In this document: piece after piece, positions 25,433-37,800 of the stretch
Layout of the letters: each line of letters begins with the position of its first letter
Position numbering within the stretch: position 1 is the stretch's first letter
NCBI RefSeq assembly: GCF_963853765.1
Contig: NC_088855.1
Span: 40,300,001-40,364,000, forward strand
Length of the DNA stretch: 64,000 nt
Direction of reading: 5' to 3'
Source: Magallana gigas
Taxonomy: Eukaryota
Notes under the pieces: generated by a model
Databases searched by the model: none
Told to the model about the DNA's origin: nothing
What the model saw: only the letters and a program-made list of their open reading frames with translations
Made by a program: the position numbers and the translations under genes

Positions 25433-26498
25433 CTGTAAAGTTTTTTAAATGTCGCAAACAGTACAAGGAGAAATACTACTTACATAAAAAACGAAAATGG
25501 ATAACCTCTTTAACTTTAAATATAATAATATGCCTAAAGTTAAGAATGCTTTTAAATTGAAATATCATTCACTTCGAAAAGTGTATTAGCCATCGTTAAA
25601 AGATATCCCTTTAGATATTTTGTTTTAAGAAATATTACTTTTACATTTAAGAGACATTATTTTTTTCTTTTCTTACAAGATATGTCACTTGGAAAAAAGA
25701 TACAGTGTACACTTATTCTTTTTTTAAAGTGTTTTAAAGCATCTCTAACGTTTGCATAAAAAAATATATTCAAATTTTATTTAATACTATTTATTGAAAC
25801 TAGTCAAAATGATTCGACACAAGTTCTACAACAACAAAGTTCTCTTGTCCGCTCTTTCTTACATACATGTACAATATCTTTATTTAATTACATAGTGTCT
25901 CTTTATCGCATAGATATACCTACTACAATCAAATAGATTTTTCTTAAAATAAAACTCATTTCTTTTCAAAAGAAATAATTTTCCAAGTTGATAGATAAAT
26001 CTTCGTTGGAGAAACGTCTTCTTCATTAAGAGATGTGTCAGAAATGACGAGAGATTTTTTTAAAAATAAATATTGAAATGGCATGCAGTGCATTCTTTAC
26101 TTGTATTTTAAAGCAGGAAATTGCTACATGTACCAGTGTTTCTGCATCGTTTTGCTTGCCAATATGTGATATGCCAACGAATGTGATAAACATGTATACT
26201 TTAATGTGACGGATGACTGTTTCAAAGATTTTACCGAGTTATCTATTACCCAGAAAAAACTACACCCTACTGTTATTTTGTATAAATCATACAAACGTAC
26301 AATGGGATATAGTTTTGTTTGGGTAGTGGCTATTAATCAGCTAATTATTATGGATAGTGGATAACTGTAAATGCATTTTTTATTTAAAATTACGTACACA
26401 TTTTGCATTCATATACCCACACAGGCAATTAACAAAAATACGACGTGATATATCTTATATGTATTTACTATGAAATACTTTTGACCAATAACCCCCTC

Positions 26499-26529
<31 letters not shown>

Positions 26530-27864
26530 ACATACACACAAAGACAGAGTTTTTTTTATGAGACATAAAATAACATAGAAGTACTTTCAATAGACGACAG
26601 TAATGTACACTGAACCTTACTTGGCCAGATTTCCCGGACTGGAATAACACATACATTGTACTCCGTGAAATGGACCGATACACAGATAAACAGTCGAATG
26701 AAAAAAACAAACGCAGCATTCATCTAGACTAAACATTCGTATTTAGTCTACACTATAGTCACATTCACACCTATATAGATTCAGACTGTGATCGAATAAT
26801 AAAATTTTAATTTAAATATTGTATTAAAAAACTCATTAAATATGCAATTCATGGAGGACAGGTTTCCATGATTTATAGAATTTTATCCACACAATCGACA
26901 AATGAATCTATCATCTTGTTTGAGGGATTAATCCAGATGCTTGGAGGGATATACAAATTTATGGTCAGCATAAAGTTCATGGATCGCCTAAAGATACTTG
27001 TGTGCAGGAGACTTATCTGAATTTATGCAGGTACATGTATATATCATTATTTTAGTTTCCGTCCACTCTATAATTTCCTTGAAGTAAATAAATTCTGATA
27101 TGTACAAAATACAATATACATATTATAAATCATTATACGTCTCCTTGTTTTTAGATCAAGCAATGCTCTATAGTATACGGCGGTCGCGTTGATATAGTCT
27201 GGTACGTTAGGTCGAATGTTGCACAGGATGGATATCCTCAAAGGTCAGGCAGGAAGTTATTTCTGAAATATTTTGAGATCCCCCTCCCTAAATCTTCAAT
27301 CATAGAATAAAAGTACGGGGATTGAGGGTAAAATGTAAATGTATCTGTAATTATTTGCTGAATTCATATATAAATATACCTTGGTTTACAGATTTCATTT
27401 ACGCTAACATAGAGTTAATGATGCAGAAATCTATGTGATATCTATCATCCGTATCGTACAATTTTCTTTCTCATAAAACAAATGTTAAAGGTCGGTCAAA
27501 TATACACGACAAGTGGACTTGATTTTTTTCTTTAAGTAATTGGTTGGTTTGAACATATCTTATAAAATCGAAATTTATCAAATCGATCGGTAGCAAGTTC
27601 TAACAACTTAAAGTTCATGAAATTGTGAACCAACCGAGGTCTGGATCTGATGATTGAGGAACGCGCTTAAGATATATATGTATTTTTTCACAATAAAAAA
27701 ATCAAATAATAACCACGTACTACATGTACTGTATGCATTTTATCACAACAAGATATTTTCTCGTAATGATGAGATAATTAACTCGTAATAACGAGATCTT
27801 TTCTCGTTATCTTGAGATTAAATATATTTTTTTTAATGTGGCCCTATTCGTATCGGAAAAATAA

Positions 27865-27994
27865 NNNNNNNNNNNNNNNNNNNNNNNNNNNNNNNNNNNN
27901 NNNNNNNNNNNNNNNNNNNNNNNNNNNNNNNNNNNNNNNNNNNNNNNNNNNNNNNNNNNNNNNNNNNNNNNNNNNNNNNNNNNNNNNNNNNNNN
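27865..27994. other. Assembly gap (N)
   Basis: Run of n. Confidence 1.
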
Positions 27995-28149
27995 CATTGA
28001 TATTAATCAAAACTAAAAATGGACCTATTCCATTTTAAACAGGTCCGGATTTTGTTCGTGATAAATAAATAAATTCAGGGGCAATGAAAAAATCTACTGG
28101 ATCCGCCCATTCCGACAATCGGATTATCTATGGTTCTAAATCCACGGTG

Positions 28150-28508
28150 AGGCTGGGTGAAATGAATTATTTCATCCCTGTCTAAACCTCGATCGATTTC
28201 CATCTCTGATACATCCGTCGCGAGCTTATCGATTGATCTGCACTGGCGTAAATATTCAGGTAGGGCTCTTTAATACATTTTGTTGTACTTTGAGGGGTAC
28301 ATGTGACACCCGAATGGATTGACATTCGGAATCTTCTTCAAGCAGACGTCGTTCGAGAAATAGAGTCCTTCGCATCGTGAGCCTACGTGTAAACCTTTAA
28401 ATTCTTTGTTATGCTTGGACATTGTGTGGGTAACAATAATGAAAACACGGTAAATTATCTTTAAAAAGCTTACAAAAGTTACTTTGGGGACTCAATGAGC
28501 ATGAAAAG
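28150..28508 (+). promoter_or_regulatory. Probable CpG-rich promoter / non-coding first exon of the anoctamin gene
   Basis: CpG-rich patch ending in a strong donor AAAAG|GTAAGA (28508/28509). The CpG-poor gene body begins soon after. The next acceptor in the model is at 31661. Confidence 0.5.
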
Positions 28509-28979
28509 GTAAGAGCATTTTTCAAAATTTACTAACATACTATATCCATTTCGACATTATTTCACTGTTACTATGTTTGGGTTCATGGAGTTTATTGATA
28601 GATATATATGCTCTTGATCGATAGAATATGCGATTACTGAGTAATCTGGCCATTTGCATATGAAATATTTTGAATAATTAAAATGCTATGCGTTTCCCTG
28701 GCCCATCAGGTACAGTAGGATTCTGCATTGCGCAAGCAGCTTTACACATCATAACCTGACTGAACTGTATACCATGTGTACTGTATTACAAACAATGATA
28801 GCAGTATATAGTATGTCAAGACAATGAACAAACATTATATTTCTTTTCAATTTAAGGGATTTTGATATCGTTAGGTTGTTAACAAGTGCTTGTTCATTCT
28901 ACTTGTACTGTGTTCTAAGCTTTGGTCCTGCAGACTTGTTTCATTTCCTCTAAGATTTAGTCTGTAGATTTGGACAATA

Positions 28980-29341
28980 CTGGCGTGCGACCAGTTCTTG
29001 CCAAGTACCATTTCTCGCCAGTGCATTGTTACGTCATTTTTCGTATATTATTTTATGTGTTGATAAAATGACATAACCATGCACTGGCGAGAAATGGTAC
29101 TCAGCGAGAACTGCATGGTTTCATGCCATTAGTATTTACCTAGCTGTTTTAAGCATACTGGTAATTAATGTCACTACTGGTTTAAGAATAATTCTTGCCA
29201 AGCACCATTTTTCACCAGTGCATTGTTATCCATACATCATTTTTAGTTTAGATCTTTATAGTTTATGCATTGATAAAATGATGTAACAATGCACTGGCGA
29301 GAAATTGTATGACTTGCGAGCGAGGACTGGTCTTAGGCCAG
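28980..29341. mobile_element. Two adjacent palindromic (fold-back) MITEs of one family
   Basis: Copies at ~28980-29132 and ~29177-29341. Each has the arm TTGCCAAG.ACCATTT.TC.CCAGTGCAT paired with ATGCACTGGCGAGAAAT.GTA. TA flanks. Confidence 0.7.
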
Positions 29342-31684
29342 TATAGTTCTTTTAAGGTCAATAAAAGACTTTTGTAGTGAGTTACACGCCATGGGTCAAA
29401 CACCAGTTAAATTACAATAAAGTGGTTGTAAACTAGGTATTTCACCCTCCATGTATGATTAATCACAAAGTAAGAATTGATAACAGTATGCCTCAAACAG
29501 TGGTTTGATGAAAGCCCAGTTTTTTGGTGCCAGTGGTCATTTTATCTTTTCTGAACAATATATTGCTGACTGAACTGCCAATTCAGATGCAACAACGTGA
29601 TGCATACAGTGCATGAAAATGTTAAGAGAACGTTGGACAATGCAGACTGCATGATACAATAGCATTTTGCTGATTATGAAATACTTTGCATACAGGTATA
29701 TACCACTCTTGCCAAATGTACGGTATATGCAATATATCCAATACATGCATGTTCTCATGTCATCATGTAACAATAACCTATACACTTGTGGGGAAATTCT
29801 TGATCTTAGTCAAAATAGTGTTGACTTTGCACCCAGTGGGCCAGTAATGTTATACTAAATGTAGCTGTGTAAGGACCAAAACAGAAACCAAATATCAGTC
29901 TTTTAAGCTAAACTAGTTGGTTAAACATGATACAGTACATTCTCTTATTACTGGGATCATGAGAACTTACATAGCCTAGCTACATAAAGACTTAGATGGT
30001 ATCATTTCAGTTTAAGCCCATGCACATATATAACAAGTATGCAATATAGGGGAAGTTAACAATGAAGACCCCCATACAAATTTAAAAAACCAAATCTTAA
30101 CCCACTGACCTGAAGTGTCTCTACTTACTTTACATTAATTGAGCATATAAGCATCTTATCTGTTATCACTTGCACTTTTCAGGTATTTAATAGGTCTTTG
30201 TCATATGAACTACAGGTATATTTTAAACTATTCGACAAGTTGTACTCTAAATACTATATTTATTAACTTCAAGTGGTGCCGAAAGTAAGATTTAAGGTAC
30301 TGAGTTCAAAGTTAATGTAATGGATGGTCTGAGGATTGATGAGTACATTGGTTAGTTGGATATTGATTAAGCTATTCTTGCATACAAAAAAAAAAATTCA
30401 GCAATAAATCCAAGGGTTGTTAGCATTATAGTCACAATTTCTTAGGTCTTAAAATCCACTCCAAATAAAAGAATTGTCTGAACAATCCATATGATATTGA
30501 TACTTGTTATCTTTGCAGTACATTATTGTTTAAGATTATCAATATTTAACCCATTCTAAACTTCAACGTTCCCTGATTAGCAGGTGTCAGATGGAGAGGT
30601 AGACATATTGAAAGCAGAATAATCAATATAGTTTCTTTAAAATTGTTGCTATAAATGTACTAAATTGTTGATCACTATATTGTGGTTCATTTTTAAATTT
30701 TAGGTTATTACTACTTTTATTATAGCACATATAAATATATATTAACTAGTATTTAAAGTCTGTTGATAAGTGAACGTTCAAATGTATGATATGATAAGAT
30801 AAAAGATAACTAAAGTTGCTACATGTAGTAATAAAGATTAATTACTAAATCAGGGATCAAGTGGGAATACCATTACAGTTAATTACATAATTTAAGTAAC
30901 AAATATAAAATACAGTGGAGGAATTGACACCAGTATCAATGGTATATACCATACCGGTATTATATACATATATATACTGTTAGAAGCAGTGGTTTCACTA
31001 AACAGCCAAACCAGCAAAATTTCAACTGTATGTCCAGGAAATGTTTATATCCAGGAGTCTTTTCATACTGTTGTTTGCAAAATACATGTAACATATATAT
31101 TTTATATTATATACACGAAGCTCCAAAGGCAACAGGTATAGATTGTGTTTTATTGAGATGAAAATAAGAAGCACATATGTATTGTAGTTTGTTAATTGCA
31201 TGACCCCAATATATTACACTTGAAAGGATCATGATGTATTTTACATGTCATTGTGTTATATGTCACTGTGAAATTGATCTTGATGTGTCCTACATGTAGC
31301 TAGAGATTGAAATGGTTTGAAAAGTAAATAAAATGTATTGACTGTTTAGCCCAGGAATGTATGCATGACAAAGAAGTTAATTGTATTCAGTTTATCAATA
31401 TCATTCAGCCTTTACATGATTATTTCAAGCAACTACTATATAACACACATGGAAACAATAGTAATTCATCTCATCTGCAAATGTCATATGTTCATGAGTT
31501 AAGCAGAAGGACCAGACCATTCGAAATTAAATGGTTCATTTGCACAAATGAGAAAGGATGTGAACATTTCAAGACTGCAGCGTGTGATTGCCAGCCCATT
31601 GTTTTTCTGTGTGAATCCTCTTTTCTGTATTAGCCACACATTGATTTCTTTCAATTGTAGGATGATTCTTAGACCTGATGCAGC

Positions 31685-34600
31685 ATGAGTGAGAGGAAAG
31701 GACTGAACGGAGCTGTGAAGGCTTTTGATGGCTACGGAAGTGTTAATCGAAATGCCGAGGATAAAATTCGTATTTTGCAGGAGGAGGATGAGGAGGTGAG
31801 AGAGAAATTAGTGGACACTTAATGAGTTCTTCTTAATTCAGGAATATCCCTTACATAAATGTGTCAATTAAGGTGTCTGGAAGCAAGTAGAGAATTGTAT
31901 ATTAACTGTTCTTAGTTCAGGAAATCACTTGTAACACTTGTTCTCAAGCCACTGAAGGCAGTCAGCTTTGCTTCGATCATTATACTGAATATTCATCTGA
32001 TATATGATTACATTTACCAGTATATGATTTGAAGTAAATTACATATGTACCATGTATGAATGCAATCGTACCTGCGCCAGAAAGTCTTTGTCAGGACTAT
32101 GAAAGATGGTTTTGACATTAGAGAACTACAATGCTATGAAAACTCCAGCTTATCCGATGGCAATCAATCAGGCAGAGCTTAATGCAAGCAGACAGTTCAG
32201 ATGACACAAACAGTATGGAAAGACACTATGCCTTCAATCAATGCAGAGTGCTAGTGTATGGAAGTTTTTCTGAATCTGAAATAGAGTTACATTTTTGGCC
32301 AGTAACCAGACGGAGTTCCTTTCAATATTTTATCAAAAAATAGATATTTTATCCATTACAGGTTTTTTTCCCCGTAAATTTCTGAAATAAATCTGTTTCA
32401 TTTTTTTTTCTCTATTCTCCTGCAATTTATGTTTCAGCAATGTAACATTTACTCAACATGTGATAATTACTAATTTTCATTACTTCATTATTAAAACTGA
32501 TTTTGATTTTTTCTTGAAATGTTTCATATTCACATTAAGATGTATCCTTATGATGAGGACAAATTTTCTGAATGATTGAAGATTCTGACTTTAGTCCGAG
32601 GAGTCTGTCCTAATCAATGTAGCTTTGATCAGGCAAAAGATATATAACCGTAGTCATCAGTTTCTTAAAAAAATAAGACAGAATTTAAAAATGTAAGTGT
32701 TATTTATCATAGGTGTAACTGTATGAACCATCAATATCTTTTTATGAATAGAATGAATATATTTATACATGGACAAATTGATTTAATTAATTAACTGGTT
32801 AGATCATCAGTTATAAGTTTTATCAGTGGCTATATATATGAACACATTCAGATTTCTTTAGAAATAAGGAATAAGATATTCGGTAAATAATGTAAATATG
32901 CATGTTTTACAAAATGATGTATTAAAAGTTTGCCCTGTGAATGCTACATTCACAGCATTGTTACTTTTTCAAAGCTTAATAGATCAATTTAATGTTCACA
33001 GAATACATGTACACAGAATACTTTATGTTAGTTTTTTAAGTATGTTTTCTTTTTATGTGCATGATGCCCTGCTATAAATTTCCTGTTCTCCCAGTAATAG
33101 CAGGAACTTCATACTTGAGTGATACAATGAAGTTAATTATTACGATTCAAAATTGAACAAGAACGCTGTTTTCAATTTTATGTGGTTGCAAATTATTAAG
33201 AAACTGTCAATACTTCAATAACATTCAATAGAAAGTGTCTTTAAATGGCTTTGTCGTAGTCTAAACTTTGTTAGATATTTTTGCTGTGGAGTTTGTATAT
33301 GGCATCGGTATGTTAGTTTACTTGTTAAATCATTATTTATGAGTTTTATGGTAAAGAAAAGTACTCTTATGTATGTACATTTGTATGTGGTTTTTATGAT
33401 ATTGCCCTTTATGTTGAAGCAAGTTGAAACTGATATATTTTAATTTTTCTATTGAAGATTAACTTTTAATTCATGAACCAAGTATAAAATGCCAGATGTT
33501 GATTTTTTTTTTTAGAACTCTGATAGAGGCATCCATTTAAAAGGATTAGATGGAGATAGGGGTGACCAGTACAACTTCTCATGTTTCTTCAGTGATGGCA
33601 AAAGACAAACAGGTATACTTAAAATTGTAATAAAATATAGCATTTTCTATAAATATAACTCTAGAATAAGTATCAGTTATTTTTAAAAGTTTTTCTTTCA
33701 GATTTTTCTTTACAGCTTACTTAAGTCAGAGGTTAATCTGAAATGATTTCATTATTATAAATATCCCAATCTTTCTGGGTAGAAAAACATATCTCAGTTT
33801 GACATTGCATTATTGAAATTGTTATATAGCCCATGAACATATCATAAAAACATATATACCGGTAAGTACAATAAGTACGTCAGCTTAGTTAAGAAACCAT
33901 ATATATGATAAGCATTTTAGTACATGATAAAAAGAACTTGGATGCTAGCTAGGGTTTGCTGGACTAATTTGTTTTTCAAGAAAAAAAATTCACAAGGAAA
34001 CAAGTATCAAGTGCGTACTCCAAACCAATTAATTCCATTTATCATTTGAAGATCTATCTATATACCGGTCCCACGGTATATATATTGTTGTGTAAGGCAT
34101 TTCATGTTCTTAGTATTGAACCATTAATATTTGAGTTGTTTAAATAAGTATTCAAAATTTACAATTTTTGCATGCAGTTTGCAATTATAAGTAATTTTTG
34201 TATTGAAAGCATTTTGTTATCTTGAACTTTCATAATACTTTTATAACAATTTTTAAATTTCTAATAGACTAGTATATTTGCTGCAAATTGTAGTCATAAT
34301 ACCCATATCATTGGTAAATTTTCTAAATGTCAGAACTAAATCCCTTATATAATCCCACACAAACTACCAAAATGAAATTGTTTGCAGCTTGCAGATACAT
34401 ATATTTTTGTTTGATTGATACAATTGTAGTTTTTTATATTACAGTGTATTTAAGAATATATATTATAATTATATATATATCACCTCATATCAATACTCTC
34501 CATATATTTTATCTACTTCCATGAGAAATACTGAAGAGTCCTTAGTTTATGCAAGTACTTAATTCAGCGTTTCTGCTGCTATGAATCAAATTAATTGTAC

Positions 34601-34788
34601 TCAAGTTTAATTACAACTTCATGTAAATGTATATCAGAAATATAAAGGCAAGATTTTAGCTCCCATCAGCCAAAGGCTCAGCTGCTGAGCTTTTCTGATC
34701 AAAATTAGTCCATTGGCTGTCATTGTCCCCATTGTTGTTGTCTTCATAAACTTTTGATATTTTCATCTTCTTCTCCAGAACCAATGGA

Positions 34789-34822
<34 letters not shown>

Positions 34823-37800
34823 GAGGAAAGGGGTATCAAGTTTGTTCAAATGAAGGGCCAATTTCTTTTCAAATGGAAGATAATTAAGAAAAAATGATCA
34901 TAGAGTTGGGTATTTAAAAAATCTTCCTCTCTAAAACCACTGGGCTAATTTCAGCCAAATTTGGGGAAAGGGCTTTCAAATTTGTTCAAATAAAGGTCTA
35001 GTTCAGCTTTTAAGAGAAGTTAACTATTAAAGAGGGAAAGTATGGTTTGATGTTTTAAAAATTTTCTTCCTTCAACTAAATTTAAGAGAAAGCATCCTAG
35101 GGAGAAGAGCTTTCGAGTTTGTTCAAATGAAGGACCATTAGTTGTTGATGGCTTGTAATCAGCTGAAAAAAATAGACTGACACTGTGCACTGAGATTCCA
35201 TTGTTTGTATTAGACTTCGATTTTAGCTAGCTGATTAGTAGTGATGTTCCAATCATTGATTGTAATCGAAAATCGATCGATTGTTATCGCATTCTAAGCG
35301 CTCGATCATAAAAGGTTTCATTACGATTAATCAGTTAAGGTTTTTTCCCTTTCAACGAGCACATATCATAAACAGAATATTCTAGATGTGAACTATCTAA
35401 ACCCTAAAAAGGCGCGTGGTCTGAAAATGGCTGACATGTCAGACAAGCTCGATATTCTTACTCCGGAAATATAGCACATTCTAGAATTTGGCCGCATTTT
35501 GGTTTCAAGAAAATTAATGTTGGACTGCCTACAGAGGAAAATCTTTTGAATATAGTTTTTTTATTGCTAGAAATACTAAGTAAATCAAATTACGAAAGCC
35601 TAGTAATGAGTCTGTTCATTGTAACTTGTTTATTTACATTTATTTAGCACTACACTATAAAATATAAAAATTTCCGATTATAATAGATAATTAGTTAGTT
35701 GCGGGAAACTGATTATCGATTATGAAAATCTCACCGATTCCCATCACTACTGATTAGAGTTATGACCAATGTTATTCAGGCGAGTGATGTGGTCCCTGGG
35801 CCTCTTGTTTAATCTGTAAGGGATGCTTCTCATGATTTTACGTGGATAGTTAATTCCTTGCATTTACAATAAGATATTTACAGTAAACACAGTATATGCA
35901 TGTCTACTGGCTACTCCACAGATTTTGTGCTAGTCTATGAAGAGGAATTGGATAATGCCAAGAAAAAATCCCCAGCGGAGTCATCCATCTATGATAAATG
36001 GAGGGCAAAGTTTATGGTCAATTTAAGGAAAAATGGCTTGGAGTTGGAAGAGGTAAGGTGTATATATATTCACATTACCCCAAAAGTAATTATTTTTCCT
36101 ATCAGTGATGAGGAAAGTGTTTTATTAGTATACCCGGTAGTTGATTTCATCCTCTACGTTTTGCACTTTACTGATAGTTAATATGGTAATACTTTCGCGC
36201 TGTGTTTGACTCTCCATGAATGTAATAGACTGGTATTTGTGGTCATTGTCTAACAGTCTTAAGCATGCCATATATACCAGCTAGGTAATTTAATGGTCCA
36301 GGAGAATTTGTTTTTCTTCAAAGACATTTTAAGTAAACTCATGTTCCAAGCATATTAATTGGTGTCAATCGGTGTCTTAATATTTTTCGTAATTTGAGTT
36401 GATGTTAAAATACTATTTTCAACTTACTGTATGTTAACGATTGTAATCATGGTAAAATTAAAAAAATTCCTTGGTATATAGGTTATCATTTGAGGGTGAT
36501 GTAGATGTACCAGAAAGTTATGGATATATACATGTTTTAGACATGGTACCATATATACATTGTTTTCTCAATTATTACAGTGCTGTCTCCTACATGTAGA
36601 TTCTACCATAACTGAACACTTTGTATAATTTCTTGTACTAATTAAACTAAAACTAGAGTATCTTACTTCTATATGTTGTGTAAATTTTCCTGCAATATAT
36701 TTGTAATTACTGAAATAATACATCAAGTGAAAATCAAACCTTTTATGTAGATTGACTTTTTATCTTTTATACATGTAATTTGATTCCCATACTACATAAT
36801 GTTACACAAGGTTCTTTGTATTTGACCTTTACATCAAAAAGAAATATAGTGGTATTTTGAGGAAGAAACATTTCACAGAAAAATTTCTCTTATATCCAGC
36901 AGTTATCAGGAAGTTCTAGCTGTATCGTTAAGTGCATACTTTTGTTTTATTGATTAAATTTGTAAAGGCTCTTAAAATGTCCTCACTTTCAGGATCACAT
37001 TTTGTTATTCAATCATTTCATCTTTAAAAAAGTGAAAATGCAATGCGAAAATGTTGATAGATGTTTTAAGAAAAAAAATTACATCAATATTTATTTTCAT
37101 AACTACTATAAAGTACAAGCTCTGTGGGTGCCTTATAGTGATCAGTCAGTCTGTCCATCTGTCTGTCCTTTCATCCATCTGTCCATCTGAGATCACTTGT
37201 CCAGAGCATTTCTTATCTCCCCTTGACCCAATCTGGCTCATACTTCACCCAAAGAGTGTCTTTGACAAAAAGGTGTGCAGTGACCTTGAACCATGTTTTT
37301 AGGTCTAAGGTTTAGGTCATTGCAGAATTAGATATAAAATCCTTGTGAAGGACATATGTTTCTCCCCTTGAAGGTCATATCAAACCATGCAAAAATTCCT
37401 TTTTTTCATAGCATATATACTTTACATAAACAGGGCTTTTGAATAAGGAATATGTTGTGACCTTGAACCCATTTTCAAGGTCACATCACATGTAAAGGTC
37501 ATAGCCGAGCAGAATTATATGAAAATTCCTTGTCTGTAGCATATCTTCTCTCCATTTGCTCCAATCTGGCTCTTACTTGACCTACATGGTGCCTTTGATC
37601 AAAGGGTATGCAGTGACCTTGAATAATGTTTGTAGGTCAAGTTTCAAGGTCATACAGGATCACACAAAAATCCTTACAATTAAAAGATCTTTCCTTTGAT
37701 TTGGACTAGCTGATATACATGAACTCTATATTTTACTTTTCTTGTGATGACTTCATTCTGCCAGTGATGAAAGCTGGTTTGTGGCAACTGATATTTGCTG

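Noticed and set aside
25001-25466. ORFs spanning N runs (also 27807-28010)
   Set aside because: Artefacts of assembly gaps.
32060-32301. Alternative first coding exon of anoctamin ([15 protein letters not shown]...FWP|GTAACC, phase 0)
   Set aside because: The frame is compatible but the donor is weak and there is no homology support; only transcript data could rescue it.
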